A stretch of DNA of 63,972 nucleotides, counting the filler, from Lenisia limosa (taxonomy: Eukaryota; Protista; Breviatea): assembly GCA_001655205.1 (NCBI GenBank). It is 14 parts of 14 records of this genome, joined end to end, with 100 filler letters (N's around TTAATTAATTAA, not from the genome) between each part and the next. Parts side by side here need not be neighbours in the genome. Positions count along the whole stretch, not along the records: positions 1 to 12,253 come from LPNZ01005007.1; positions 12,354 to 13,877 come from LPNZ01009583.1; 12 more parts are not named here. One strand, written 5' to 3'. Every line of letters starts with the position of its first letter. Within the stretch, counting starts at the first letter, position 1. Shown here in pieces: positions 1-13,707 of the stretch. The notes under the pieces were generated by a model. That model had not been told where the DNA came from. It searched no databases and saw only the letters and a list, made by a program, of their open reading frames with translations. The position numbers were made by a program, and so were the translations under genes.

Positions 1-1474
1 CTCATCTTCACTCTCGCCCTTAGCCCAGTCGCTGTAGAGGGAAAGGATGTTATTAGCCGCGTCGTTGGTTTCTGCCAGAATACCGAGCTGCTTCAATGCG
101 CGGTCTGCAAGGCGTAAACACCGTAACCATACTCAGAAGAAATGATGTATTTTTTTGTTTCCCTAGATTCTTACTGTATATATAATATTTTCTTGTTTTT
201 TAAAAAAGAAACAGAATCATTCCCAAAGAAGCTGAAACTGTACCATTCGCCATGACATCCACTTACTCATGTCTTTTGTTGTGAGATCCTAAGGCAATAA
301 AACATTTCAAACGTCTTATCTCAGAGAAAACAAGCAAAACAAAGCCTTACCTCAGGAGTAGAGTTGGGGAACAAATTTTGAAGAGTTGTGCTCTGAAAGG
401 TTATGAACTTCTTTGAAACACTCTCCCCTTAAAAAAAGAGTCCCAACGTACCAGCACAGGAAGATGAATGGTCGTGGACCCCACCTGAACTTCGTCCCTT
501 CCCTTGAATAGTCAACAGCGAACACTACCATTATGTAAACCAATTTAAGAGAAACCCTTCACAGACCATTCTGAGGGGTATTTGTATTTATATAAGCTTA
601 AATAAAGGCGTGTGGGTAACTGGAAGAGGCGTAGTTTTTTTAAAAAAAAGTTGAAGTGGAGTAGTCTGTTCCAAATTGCAAAAACAAAGGCTAGATTCAA
701 AGACTTTCTAAAGTATAATAAGCAGTTAAGAGGTTAAAAAGGGAAGGGAAGAGACAAAGAGAAAAAAATACCAGTGGGATAACAAAAAGAGAAGCCTGAT
801 CTGCGTGATCGTAGCCTTCTTTTTGTAGAAAAACCCGGCAACAGCCTCTCTCAGCTTCTCTCTCAAACAAGTATATATATTATATTATATTATAACCATA
901 ATCAAGAAGAAACCTGTGGAAATTTGGGTTCTGATAGCCAATATGATATGACATGAGATAGTTTTTCAGAACAATAATGGAGGTAGGTCAATCAGCTTAT
1001 GTTTAGTATTCATATCTTACAAGGAAAAAACAAGCCTGCAGCCTGCTTGGGCGCTAATTGCCCTTAAGGCCGAAGCGGCAACAAGTATGATGTGTATCGG
1101 CCCAGTCATGTCTCACATTCTATAGATGAAATTGTTTCCCAGATCACTCCAAGGCAAAAGGAGCATGTTCCTTCAAAGACCCCAAGCTATTACACGGAAT
1201 CGTATGGGGGAAGAAACTTGGCTGATTATTGGCTTGGGTCATCTTTCAGAGTGAGTGCAAAGTGCTCAGGGGCCGCGCCAAGACGAGGCCCTGCCGTGGC
1301 TCCAGGTTTCGAGATGTATCTCAGAGACAACAATGGAGCGTTCAACCCAAGCACCGCGTCAAAGTTGGCGTGGTTCTGTTGCAGTAATGTCTTAAGGGGT
1401 TGTTCGTTTATGGAGTGTTTCCCCGTTCTCTTGTTCACTTTCAAGGGAGTTAGCTCAAACAAGCGCCATTCCAA
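1..1474 (-). CDS. Hypothetical multi-exon protein (partial)
   Basis: Open minus-strand segments with at least one canonical splice boundary, e.g. LEWRLFELTPLKVN... (1474-1226), ESVSKKFITFQSTTLQNLFPNSTPE (~432-352), RALKQLGILAETNDAANNILSLYSDW (~105-1). No family recognised. Confidence 0.4.
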
Positions 1475-1892
1475 GCGCTTCCCTCAGAATAGCAACGGTA
1501 ATCTGCGGATGCATGCGACATTCTTCTTTTTTCTTTAGTTTGTACATTCTGCTTAATCAGCAGCAAACTCAAAACGCGACCGACCTTCCGCCGCGACCGG
1601 CATCGGCTAGGGCCACGCCAAGAAGTGGCAAGGGCGTCGTTTGCAGGGCATTCTCAGGGGCTGCATTATTATTATCAACCGGTATTATTAGTTGACAGTA
1701 TTTGTAAGCTGATAATTTTTAACTAGTAAGTTGGAATTGAAATATTTTCTCGTTTAAAATTATTTGCAGTTATATAACCGTTACCTCGTCACCACAAATA
1801 GTACTTTTCGCATACTGTGTGATATCACTTAACCTCCAATTTTCACAAAAAAAAATACATCTATTTTTTGATTAAATCCTCTGAATATCAAA

Positions 1893-4815
1893 TGGCTATT
1901 TCGGACGAAGTGAAACCCAAGATGTAATGCTCCTAGTCGGCAGCAACAGCAACGACAACAACCACGCTTTTCCTTGGCGGTATTGATGACAGTGTGGCAG
2001 CGTCAGTCGCAGGTCGCTTCAAGTGGGCTAATTTCTATCTGAACATGTCATGATAACATGGGCTTCACTGTGAATGCCTGCGTGTTATTGATCTGTAGTT
2101 CCGATTTGAGCATGGCTGTTATGGACTCTTCTGGTCGACGGAGAACAAGAACTGAGTCCCTTGTCAAAACAATGCCACTCAAAGACCTAAGCACTGTCAG
2201 TATAAAAACAATCCCAGGAACATCTTCTAAAGGTCAAGGTGAGAAATAGTTTGTTCGTGCTTGAATGTGAAGTCATAATCAAAGGGTGTACTCAAATCGA
2301 ATTCCTATTTACCTTGTCGAATACTAGGTATACTATCTTCTGTTGTAGACTCAGCGGCCATGCCCAAAGACGAGCAAAGCCGACAAACCGTGGACAGTGC
2401 AGACAGCGCAATGAGAAGAGACGACCTGAGTAGGCTGAGCACCCTTTATCCGGAAACACCGTATAACATCATTGTTTTGGTACCCCTATCATCTCAGTGT
2501 AGATATGGCCGCATCAGCCAGAGCCTCAACCATCAAAACAAATCCTTCAGAAAGTGTATGTTCGTATTACAAGGCAATTTGATAATAGAGTTCAAATAGG
2601 GTAACCTGAACTCAACTTCTGAGTTTGGGTTGGATTATTGTGTCGGAGAGGGGGGATCAGTTTTATAGCACATAGTGAGTTTGCATACCGTATTACTCGC
2701 TGCTTGTTTGTTTCTTATTGCCCCAGATGACGGACACACTCAGGGATGTTTTGGACAATTTCGCGCATGCTGTGGTGGAAGATGTTGTTGCCCAGGTTTG
2801 TCAAGTCAATATTCGAAAAACGAAATCCTTTGCTTTTCCCATTGTTTTTGTGGTTGAGTCACACTTGTAGAACCCGGGAGTTTTCGGTAAACCGGATCCT
2901 AAACTCATTCAAAAGCTGAAGGTATGAGCCTCCTTTATCAGGCTTGTTTTTATTATCTTCAGTCAGACTCAACGCGCACGCAAATGGTTCCAGGACAAGT
3001 GCAGCGGCGTGATAAGGCATTGGATGAGCTCAGGTTCCTGGGTAACAATCGTTTATAGCCCCTATACCATCCTCCTTTGCAATTATAATTTCTCAGAAAA
3101 GCCTACTACCAGGACCTTCTTGTGTTAAAAGAGCAGCTTTATCGGCTTCAACACCGTGGTAAGTTGATTGTGCCGTTTCACTCCGAAACAAAAACACAGA
3201 AAAGAATATTTAACGAAATTACTTTTTGCGGATGGGCTGAATTCCGAGTATTTGGGAGCCAGTTTGAAGTCATTTCATTTGGTGGATCATTCACACGTTC
3301 AGGTGAAAAGCCTTCCGACTTCATATCGTCTTTTGAGCCTCTCACAAAACCTTCAATTGTGAGTAGTCCTCCTCTGCTAATCAGCGTTATGGACATAGCA
3401 GTATAATTATTATCTATGATGATGGGGTGGCTTCTGAATTTTTTACCAGTTATTAATTTCTTATTTCCACACAGCTTGAAGAAGAGACCCCTGAGGTCAA
3501 GCATGAACCCGGTAAGTGTTCGTATTGAGAATGTCGTTTTAAACTCAGGCTTATTGAGAATAACAATGTGATATATATAGTATATATAGATTGGTAAATA
3601 TCTTTTTCATTCAGTTATGATTCTTTAGTGCTCCCATCAAAAGCTGCTGTTCAACGAGGTAAGGCAAGGCGAACGGGGAGATTTTCGATAAGTATCTACA
3701 CGTTTCTTTCGAACCTATTTATCAGGTTGTTGTCACCATTCTTTCGAACCTATTTATCAGGTTGTTGTCACCTGTTCAGAAATCGAAACTGAGCGCAGAC
3801 GCCTTTTGGAGCTCTACTACTCCGAACGCGACAGACTGCAGGTCGGGCTGAGCAATTTCCTTGAATATTTTTTTTTGCTTCGCATACATAACGAAATGTA
3901 GAGGTCAGTCCAAGAGCGGCTTGTTACCATTGAACAAATCCACCAGGTGGGTGGACTGGCAAAGCCTGGAATAATATCAACTTTTTTTTACCCAATTGCT
4001 AATCTGAGGGTTGATTTATTGTCTCAGGATGAAATGGCAGTACATCGCTCTGAGCTAGAGACTCAAGCTGCAGAGTACCGTGATCGTGAGTCTTATCTCC
4101 TCTCCACCATCGCTGTGCTCAAGGAGGAACACGCGTATGCCAGTATTTGGACTTCATTTTTTTCCCGTAAAAGGCACAATAACGGTATCGCTTGAGGGGC
4201 CCAGTTTTTTTCGTCGTAAGTGAAACCAAATATGAACTGCACTTGTTCTCACACTTTTTTAGGGATGAAGAAGCTGAATTAAGTAATTTGAGGCAACTTG
4301 GAGATATCGAGTGAGTAGATTGTTCTTCACTGAAATTTGGTTCCTCCGTAATCGATTCAGAAGTACTTTGGCAACAGTGCGGGAGGAGTCGAGGGTCTAT
4401 ACTGCAACAAAACTTGCAGAGGTTGGAAGCTGGGGAATAAAACCACGAGCCTGACAACCTGGAACTGGACTACTTACTGACTGCGTAGATGGATCAGCAC
4501 TATCGACAGCAACTAGATCATCAAAAGGAAGAGTGGAGGAGACAACATCATACCTTAATTCATCAGGTATGACCTCTCATCTATTCTGGTGAACAACCTT
4601 ATTATATTACTGATATATATTATATCATATAGTATATAGTATATATATATAGCTAGCTATATGTGTTATGGCAGTATTAACGATCACATTTAGATTACGC
4701 AACTCCAAATGTCTGCTACGGCCCAACCCATAACACCCACTAAGCTCGGACAGTCAGCTGCTTTCCCTTCCTTCGCTGGTAGGCTGGAGATGGGTCCGAA
4801 TTTACGTTCGGAGTG
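1893..4815 (+). CDS. Hypothetical coiled-coil protein, multi-exon
   Basis: Series of GT-AG-bounded exons encoding charged helical segments (EIETERRRLLELYYSERDRLQ; DEMAVHRSELETQAAEYRDRESYLLSTIAVLKEEH; MDQHYRQQLDHQKEEWRRQHH). Start and stop approximate. Confidence 0.55.
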
Positions 4816-4943
4816 AAAAAACATCATAGAGGGTAAGTTATTTTGGGAATTGCCTGTTGAATCAAGTTTGTCTTTCTCTTTAAATATTGAATCTTTTATT
4901 TATCTGAAAGCATAATGAGTTTTCATTTCTATATCCACATAGT

Positions 4944-6560
4944 CTAACCTGTCAGGCTCATCAGCTTCTTTGCCAGTGCCACAAATGTCGCAAGTTTCTG
5001 CACAAACAATCGATTCTTATGAGCGCGAATTGGCGTATTTGAGGGACCTTGTTGAGGTAGGCTCAAGCTTATACTGGCCTTTTGTTGATGCTTTAGGATC
5101 TTAGCAAGGGTCAAATCAACCCACAAGCAGCTGGAAAGTCTGGCAGAATGGACTGTAAAAAGACTGGCCTTAATATCTCGATTCCCTCACAGGTTTGTTG
5201 GCTTGGAAACTCAACAGGTCTGACTAACAACTTCTTGGTATTCACATTGTTCCAAAAAACTCAACTAGTAATGTGGATTTTTTTCGGACAAAAGTGAAAC
5301 CTTACTTCTTACTGCTAGTGCTTCACTTCGGTTCAAAAAAAAGACTGAATTTCTCGATAAATCCTCGAAAACTATCGATAGTTTGCACGTTTTTTTCGAA
5401 CCGAAGTGAAGCCCTTCCTATTGCCCATGAAAGTAATGCAGAGGATCACTATTCAGGTGATGTCTTCAGGCTCACTCCAGCCACATAGTCTTCTTAGGTA
5501 TTTGGCTTGATGGGAAATACTCTGTTATAGTCAAATTATGTGGATGACTTCAACCAGATCGAACCTCTTTTCTCAATATCAATTTGATGGGTTTTATGAT
5601 GAAGTGGATTGTCTTTGAGTTACTTTTTGATACCGTCATTATAAAAATCAGATCCAACTCCAACGCATCTTTTGGCACACAAGCCTCGCAGCCATTCTCA
5701 TCGTCAATTGTCCCGTTCTCAACGCAGGGATTCGAATCGGATGCGGCAAGTGAGTGGTCGTGGGTGTATTTTCCTTGTCACAGACACCTTCTCTTTTTTA
5801 TTTGGGCTCATTTCACCTAATATGATATGAAGAGGATTAAACATTGGTCACTTCTCCAATTACTTTTGCTCATTTTTCAGCCGGACAGATGCCAAAGAAT
5901 GCTGCTGGAACCGGATTGTGTGTTGCATATAATTCAGGGTGCGTTGTGCTCAATTAAGTTAAAGGAATCATGTCTCTTTAACAAGGTCACCCGTTAGTAT
6001 GAACAACATCCGTAGACTGCAGCAATGCTAAGACTAGTTGTCACCAATCAGTCGCACATGTACCATGAACTGCCCTCCAAGCACGCACGTCTGTTTGCAT
6101 TGCAGAGGAAGCCATTCATTCGCGCTGGAGCACTGGTAGGATCTGTTTATTGTTCCTATTGAAATTAGTATCCGTTTTATGAGGCAGAGAACAAAGGAAG
6201 CATTTTTGAAAAATATTTCCTCCTCATAATGTAGTCATGAAAAACTTCAACCTTCTGCTCTTCTTGCAACATCACACGAGCTTCTCAGACAAAGTCTATC
6301 CAAATCCAAGTCTTCGGTTAGCAATTATTACACAGAAACAATTACACACATTTCACATACTATATATCATATACTACCATATGATATACAATCCAAGAAA
6401 TGTTCTGATCCCTTTCATAAGGAAATGACATATAGATAAGCTTAAGTTGGTAACGATAATAATATGGTTCATTTCCGTCCCCCCCCCCTGGCCATTTTCA
6501 CATTTAGGCGCGGGTATCTGAAGAAAGTCTTCTGAGAATGACTCAGGTGTCGACAACCAA
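4944..6560 (-). CDS. Hypothetical multi-exon protein
   Basis: Minus-strand exons, e.g. KYTHDHSLAASDSNPCVENGTIDDENGCEACVPKDALELDLIFIMT, and a terminal exon ...KLATFVALAKKLMSLTG*. Confidence 0.4.
5316..5416 (+). mobile_element. hAT-type MITE, subfamily A
   Basis: TIR (ta)gtgcttcacttcggttc...cgaaccgaagtgaagccc with the shared internal core. Flanks cttactgc/cctattgc (6/8 identical). Confidence 0.85.
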
Positions 6561-6649
6561 GCAAGAAACGACCATCCACGATCTCAAGGTGGGGTGGTTG
6601 AAGTGAAGTGCTCACTACCAAGCCTTGTAACGGTTAGTATCGAGGATCT

Positions 6650-8160
6650 TCCGGCATTCTGAGGCCGGCGGAGTCTGATTGGAATTACCACAAACTAATC
6701 AAACAGGCCAAACTGAGAAAGGCTGAAAATGATCTTCGCAAAAGAGAGGAAGCCGCCATAATGATGAACAGTATTAAGATGACTCCAGTGGGGGGAGGGT
6801 GCAAAAGCTGCACTCATTGATTAATAAAGTAAAGTTATTCCTTAGACCATATCAATGTGATAATGGGGACGACTTCAGTCAAAACAATCCTATTTTCTCT
6901 ATGGTACCTAGGGCTTCACTTCTATTCAAAAAACAGACTGATTTTCTCGATAAATCCTCGAAAACTATCGATATTTTACTGGACTTTTTCGAACCGAAGT
7001 GAAGCCCTAATGGTATCGAGTGAAACGACGAGTATGTGACTATTTAGGAATGCGAAAGAGCTCACAAGTTGAAAGAAAAGCTCAGTGACAGCTTTTGGCA
7101 AATCCAGCGCCAACAGAACCATATCATCGCATTGGAGAAAGAGGTCAGAAGGGAACTGTCTGTTCTTGATGTTGTCTTAGTTGTAACCACTGACACTTTG
7201 CAGACAGCTGCTTGGAGGAGGGAAACTATCAGTCGACGGCATGCTATGGCGGCCTCCAACCGAGACCTCATTAACCTTGATATGTTCGTGGGGCTTCGTC
7301 TAAAAAAGACTGGTCCACTGTCGAGGTTTTTTGATATAGTTAAGGAGGAGGAGTGTTTGTGATTGTATTTGTTATTCAAAACATTTTATGATATATGATA
7401 ATGATTGGATGTTCCTCATTTCTTCNNNNNNNNNNNNNNNNNNNNNNNNNNNNNNNNNNNNNNNNNNNNNNNNNNNNNNNNNNNNNNNNNNNNNNNNNNN
7501 NNNNNNNNNNNNNNNNNNNNNNNGCAGGAGCGTGAAGGTGCGGTGGCAGCACTCGTGAGAGCAGCGGAGGTGAGTGGAATGGGCCGCTGCTTTAAGGATT
7601 GTGCTGATCGAAAGTTTGTAATTTCAATATTCTGTCACTAGAATATGGCTCAAGTTTCAGCTGAAGGAGGAGCGAGTCGGTCTTGGCTGGGCCATTCTTG
7701 CAGCCGGATTAGTGTCAAAGGCTATTGACAACGGATTGTTCTCCAGCAGGTATGGGTTGTTGAGAGTAAAATAGGAGACCCATGACGTAATACTATATCA
7801 GAAAAACAAAACTAAAAAGGATATTGTTTTTGTCAAGATGCATTGTTGAATTGAAAGTCTCACAAAACGCAGACCAAAGAAAGGTACTCTTGATGACTAC
7901 ACAGAAAGTATGGAAATTATTCCTGGTAAGTTCTCAGTACAGAAGGAAAATAAGGAAGGAAAATAATAATTTTTGACCTGACTCTTTCAGCTCCGATGGA
8001 AATTGTTTTCCACGATCGTGAACAAGAAAAGTAAGCGAGTTCTTGACTTTCATACTCATTCCTACATTGATTTTTACCAAGCAGTGGTTTCACTCCGGAT
8101 GTTTATTCAACGAACCTCAAGTCCAAAGCAAATGTGGGTGGCAATGGGGTTCAGAGTATG
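6650..8160 (+). CDS. Hypothetical protein, multi-exon
   Basis: Exons such as KLIKQAKLRKAENDLRKREEAAIMMNSIK, KEKLSDSFWQIQRQQNHIIALEKE and IWLKFQLKEERVGLGWAILAAGLVSKAIDNGLFSS, with canonical splice sites. Confidence 0.4.
6909..7009 (+). mobile_element. hAT-type MITE, subfamily A
   Basis: TAGGGCTTCAC...GTGAAGCCCTA flanked by an 8-bp TSD atggtacc/atggtatc. Confidence 0.9.
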
Positions 8161-10542
8161 ATTATTTCGATGATTAACTTCAATCTCGTGAAGTTGATAT
8201 AAACGAAATTAGGATTTTTTTATTGGGGCTTCACTTACATAATATCGAGATAGTTTTCTGTCACACAATATAGAGGCTTGTTGAAGAATGCCGGCGTAAT
8301 AGAAGAAGCATCCACGAACAACATCAACAGCTTGTTGCCCAGGCGCTCAAAGCCATTGGTGGTGACTCAAGGTAAGACAAGATTATTCTTCCAAATGTTA
8401 AACTCGGTAGTCGCCCTGGTAAAGCCCTCCATATTGAGTATGAAAACGAAGACGATGTGGAAAAGTAGGCCAGTTGCTTTGAATGTTACTCCATTTTGCA
8501 CGGTTTATAATGAGCCAGCTTTGCAACTGACATCCATCTTCATGAGCCGCAGCACCCCTCTGACCCTCTTGCCATATCCCAATTATGTCAGTTTATTAAC
8601 TGGGTTCTTTTGGGGCTTTATGTTTCGAACCCTGGATCATGTAGTACTGTCCCCCCCACCCCCCACCTCACACAACCCAGACCNNNNNNNNNNNNNNNNN
8701 NNNNNNNNNNNNNNNNNTGTAAAAAGGTATTCTGGATTCACTCTTGCTTGTCTCCGCTTCCGCCTTGAGAGACCAGTCAAATATCAGCATTTAGGATGGT
8801 TATTATGAACTTGGAATTGAAGTATCCATGTAAACGATGCATTTACCATTTACTTACCTTATCATTGCCTTAAGCAGCCTTTTTGATCGCTTTAGTGCGC
8901 ACTGGGCATCATGGCAACAGCCCACGCCGCCACAAAATATCCGATCATCCCTTCCTTCCCGACCGCAGTCGGCTCGGAACCATGAACCAGGCCGGGCCAA
9001 GAATGAAAAGCCCATCAATATCCATATGGGCGGGTCTGGTCCGCGGCGACCGCATAGCCAGGCGGGCCACCCGGCAACTCGGTTCGGAGTTAACGCGTGG
9101 ACCAGCGATGGTAGGCTAAATCAGTGGTTTTATCGATTTATCGTCTTCGCTTTTACCTTGAAATCCACAAATTATCCATTTTTGGATGTTGTTCCTAATT
9201 GTGTGTAGTTCCACCACCCATGACAACGACCTCCATTGTTCAGCCCAAACCAAAATTAAGGCCGACGGGAGGGACCAAGAAGAAAGGGGTTTGTTTGCAC
9301 GTGATATTGGGCCTTTTTAATTCACAGGCACGAGCGCCCTCGCGATTGGCATCTTCAATGCGACTCTAGGTATTTAACATGTTTTCCTTTCTTGATGTTC
9401 TTATTATGGATCTTCTTTCCCCACTTGCGCGAAGAATACTCAGGGGAATATTCTAAAATTCTAAATGGGAGAGTAAACGGTTAACCTGCTAAGAAGAATG
9501 TAAACAGAATGGAGACCCAAGCAGGGAGATAAATGTTAAGATTCTAGATATATCTGACTTAGACCGCTTGGAGAGACTTCAACGTGGAAGTAAAAGTAAG
9601 AAAGTAAAAAAAGAAGAAAAACCTTTGAGGCAAGACTACAGTTGTTCCAAAAGAATATGAAGAATACCAGAAATGCATAAGAATCTTAACTCCTCCTTGT
9701 TAGAACATAATTTACATTGTTTGAGGGGAGTCTACCTCGCTTCGAATTGGATCACTGAAAGAGTCAAGGTTGGGAAAGGCGGCAGTAAACGCCACCACTC
9801 CAAATGCAACATTCAATTAATTGAGAGCTTACCCTTGTTAGTACGCTGCTTGTAAAGGATGCGGTATCCGCATTCACGGCATCTGCATTGTAAAAAAGGC
9901 AAAAGCACAACAGCGCGATATGGAGAGAGGTCGTCGCATAATCAAGAACTGTCTCAAGAAAAGGGCTTTTCGAAAAATAATACAGGAGACAGTTTAATAC
10001 ACATAACATCTTCGAAAATATTTTTCTCAATAAAGAAACCAGCAACACCCTTCCTCAAGATCGCACCTGACAATATCACTTTGTCTCAGTTCGCAGGTCT
10101 TGCCACAGTCGCCGCAAATGTAGAACACCATCTAAATTCACGTTAATAGGAGTACTGTCATGTTGAATTACTTCCATAGGGGCAATGGAAGGGTTATGCG
10201 GGAGTAAAACCAACCTTAACACCGGTCTCAGAAACAAAAGAGCTCTCTATGTATTCGTTTTAGATATTACTTGGAACTAACTACAGCTTGCCTGGATTAA
10301 TAAATGTTGAAAGGCCTTCTTTCTGTTTTCTTTCGCTGCATAGAAGAGCACGCGCCACGCACAGTTTTAAACGCCAAATTTTTAAAATTTGATTGCACTT
10401 GACAAAATACAAAATAGCAGACATATAAAACTAAAAATACAAGCGAAATAAAAAGAAAAGACATATTTAGGATTTGGGATAGCGCTTAAAAAAATGGCTA
10501 GGTTTTAGGTAAAACAGCCGAGCTTCTTCGCCCGTCGTCACC

Positions 10543-12123
10543 ATGGCGCCTGTAACCATGATATCACATGTATCTGCGCTGAATCACCCGAATTCAGCGC
10601 GATACGCCCCATCCTCATCACTCACCCCAAGGACCGCCAGATCACGCTATGGGCCTCAGTCTGCGAGGCACAAACTTAACTTGTAAGCGGTGGTTGAGAT
10701 TTTATGAGATTTGGTTTGGGAAACCTTTTTTAAAAGTATCTCTGGTACCTTTGTTTTGGGACCTCTTTGTTTTCAACTGACGTAATTTAGGTCGCATACT
10801 CTTCGTAAGTTGTACAGTTGCTTTCCCGTCAAATGACAATACAGTAATATACTTTTCTTATATTTAATGAGATTTGGTTGCATTTAATTTGGATGGGAAT
10901 GTAGATGAGAAATGTTCTTTTTAGTCTTGGTCTGTGTCGTTTCATTTTCTTTCAAGAAGCTGCAGAATTTTTTTTTCTGTTCTGAGAAGAAATTCGAATT
11001 AGATTGGTTTTTTTATAATCGTTTAGATCACTGTGTGCTTTTTCTCTCTCATTATTTTAGCTACCGCAGCCGCCGCCAAAACCTTTATTCTGACAAAGCA
11101 TTTCTCTTGCCTTGAAATTGCGCTCTATCTTGTGTTTGTCACATGTTTCGCTTATGGTAGGCTCGCGTGTCTTATACAGCCCCCCCCCCCGCACTAGTTC
11201 TTTCTTTTTGTCTTTTCTTTCCCAAATCCGTCCTACTGCTTCAGTTATGTCAACATCGAGAGGAGACCAAGAAGCTTTCTATTACACCGAGTCTCTGAAA
11301 AGTATGAGGGTGGAGCCCATATTCCCAAAAGCCAATCTGAAATCTGGCTTCAATACTCATCACAGTTTATCAGCAATTTCGAGCCCTATGTATCACGTGA
11401 TTGTGGGATAGATGCTTTCCCCCCCTTCTTTCCCTGGTTTGATAATAGTATGTTAGCGTGCGCCCAATTTACATTCCAGGAGGCCTATTGCGAAGCGCTG
11501 TCAAAGTCCAACCCTTTGAGGTGACGTACGAGTCTGTTAACACCATGGAAAAGTGGTTCCAGTGGGCTGAAGGCCCCTTGCTTGACACTCTGCTCCCGTC
11601 ACATGACTACACCCATACCGAGCTCTCAGCAAACAGCACCGGTTGGCGGGTACTATTATAAGTGCAGTTGGGGGAGGGGGCGTATTAATAGACTATGAAT
11701 TTAATCAGTGATGGTGTGGATAATCGCTTCGACACTATCCACAACCCGTTTCTCTTTTCTCATTCCTAAAAGTATGTGATATGATACGATATGATATATT
11801 CCCTTTTCTCATCACCAGGAATCGTATTGAGCTCCTCAAGGCTGATCGGAAGGATCCGGCTGCGACAAAATAGGATAGCTTCTGGGGGGTGCTCTCTCCC
11901 AACAAAGTTCAAAGAAGCTGTCAACGACTGCTTTCCTCTGGTGAAGGGGATATTGTGTAACAGTGAAGTTACTATCATGAATTGCAGATGATATATCGAT
12001 ATAGCTCTACTATACTATATTTTATGATGATATGTAGTACACATATTAATCACACAGTTTACTTATTCCTGTAGTTTGACGAAGATGACGAGTCTGTTGC
12101 TGATTATGGACCTAAAACCACTG
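10543..12123 (+). CDS. Polycystin-2 (TRPP/PKD2)-like cation channel, 5' part, truncated at scaffold end
   Basis: Spliced exons give LEIALYLVFVTCFAY (S1 helix), AFYYTESLK, YESVNTMEKWFQWAEGPLLDTL and RLIGRIRLRQNRIASGGCSLPTKFKEAVNDCFP. These follow the PKD2 S1/TOP-domain pattern (YYT..; F.T...MEDFW.F.EG.LLD.L; RLLG.PR.RQ.RV....C....C). Confidence 0.78.
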
Positions 12124-12253
12124 GGTGGGGGAGGGAAGCTATTTTGAGCGGGTGTTCTATTTGATTAACAAATGCGGTGCTGGGAAACAGGGGTAGGGCA
12201 AGCCATTTTTAGTGTTACATATAGTATATAGTATCATATGATATATTAGTACT

Positions 12254-12353
12254 NNNNNNNNNNNNNNNNNNNNNNNNNNNNNNNNNNNNNNNNNNNNTTA
12301 ATTAATTAANNNNNNNNNNNNNNNNNNNNNNNNNNNNNNNNNNNNNNNNNNNN
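12254..12353. other. Artificial scaffold linker N44-TTAATTAATTAA-N44 (first of 13)
   Basis: The same 100-bp six-frame-stop linker recurs at 13878, 18724, 26621, 27978, 31417, 33437, 35414, 40351, 55958, 58792, 60233 and 62710. Sequences on either side are not necessarily adjacent in the genome. Confidence 0.97.
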
Positions 12354-12354
12354 C

Positions 12355-12937
12355 CTCGGCTATATACCGAGCCTCTGTTGAAACCAAGCGTCCCGATTTC
12401 CTAAGGGCTGTTGGTATTCCTGCACTGGTTGCAGTGGCTTCGACAGATCCGAGCGTAATTACTAGGGAAAAAGCGAAGTTGGCGCTCAAGTATTTGTTGA
12501 GGTGGGTATGAGAAGGGGGGCTGGGCTGTCCATGAACTTTTAGCAGGGTTAATACAATATAAGGAGAGATATGAAATATCTCTTTATTGTGTCAATTAAT
12601 TTAGTTTCCTCAATAATTAATTGTACGGAGCTTAATCGTCACCAACTGAGTTGATCTTGGTTTTTTGTTTCATAAATTGTCCATTTATGTTCGTTGATGC
12701 GGTGCNNNNNNNNNNNNNNNNNNNNNNNNNNNNNNNNNNNNNNNNNNNNNNNNNNNNNNNNNNNNNNNNNNNNNNNNNNNNNNNNNNNNNNNNNNNNNNN
12801 NNNNNNNNNNNNNNNNNNNNNNNNNNNNNNNNNNNNNNNNNNNNNNNNNNNNNNNNNNNNNNNNNNNNNNNNNNNNNNNNACGCTACGATTTCCTCCGTC
12901 TCCCCAGCCTTCCTCAACAAGGGCATTCTCGAACTCA
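12355..12937 (+). CDS. Helical-repeat-like protein fragment (two exons)
   Basis: AIYRASVETKRPDFLRAVGIPALVAVASTDPSVITREKAKLALKYLLR|gtggg, and ccccag|AFLNKGILELR|gttgg. Confidence 0.4.
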
Positions 12938-13050
12938 GGTTGGGGGGATGGAGGATATGGAGCTAAATACAAGCCTGACGCTGTTTTAAAACATTACATA
13001 CTATTTCAGCTTTGTATTACGAGATAAAGAGAGGTAAACGCCTCGCATAT

Positions 13051-13542
13051 TGAGTTTCACTTCGGTTTGGTTCGGTGGTTACCGAACTGACATTGTATAG
13101 TAACATCAATTTACCGAACCGAACCGAACCGAACTGATATTAAAAAGCCATTTTACCGAACCGAACCGAACTGACTTTTACCGACTTTTACCGATATTTA
13201 GCTTTTGTGAGAATCAATTTTTTAATGATACCATTTTAGGTAACATTGTGAAATTGAATTGAGAATTTTTTTTTTGAAAACAAACAAAAAGCTTGGATCC
13301 CCCACCAAAATTATTATTGAAATTATGAAGTGATTTGTTAGTCAAATTTGTATAACGATTGATTGTAATACTCTTTATGGTGCTCAAACCGTAATGTGGT
13401 TGTTTTTATTTGTGTTTTTGTATAAGTTGGTAAACGTTGGTAAAGTCAGTTTACCGACCGATAGATCTCAATTTACCGAACTGAACTGAAACCGATTTTT
13501 ACCAACTATTGGATTAACCGAACCGAACCGAATTGAAACACT
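13051..13542. mobile_element. ~490-bp non-autonomous TIR element with subterminal (ACCGA)n arrays, hAT-like
   Basis: Left end gtttcacttcggtttggttcggt is inverted to right end accgaaccgaaccgaattgaaac. ACCGAACCGAAC arrays lie at both ends. The TIR shares the core ttcacttcggtt with the 100-bp MITE. Confidence 0.75.
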
Positions 13543-13608
13543 TCTCTCTGACGAAATGAAGAGAACGAAACGTTTCAACTACCTCTCCTGTCCTCCAAAT
13601 ATGCGAAC

Positions 13609-13707
13609 TTGGGCTTCCCTACTGTCCGAAAAAGACCGGTACAATATCGTCATTCATCAAGGATTTATCGAGATATTCAGTCTTTTTGGGACCGTAGGAA
13701 ATCCTTA
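13609..13707 (-). mobile_element. hAT-type MITE, subfamily B
   Basis: TIR gggcttccctactgtccg...gggaccgtaggaaatcc, with the same internal core as subfamily A in inverted orientation. Confidence 0.8.

Noticed and set aside
1226-1474. CENP-L assignment from WRLFELTPL
   Set aside because: Only a short resemblance; the downstream exons give no support.
12298-12309. TTAATTAATTAA as a biological repeat or motif
   Set aside because: Always centred in exactly 44+44 Ns. It is a six-frame-stop concatenation linker.
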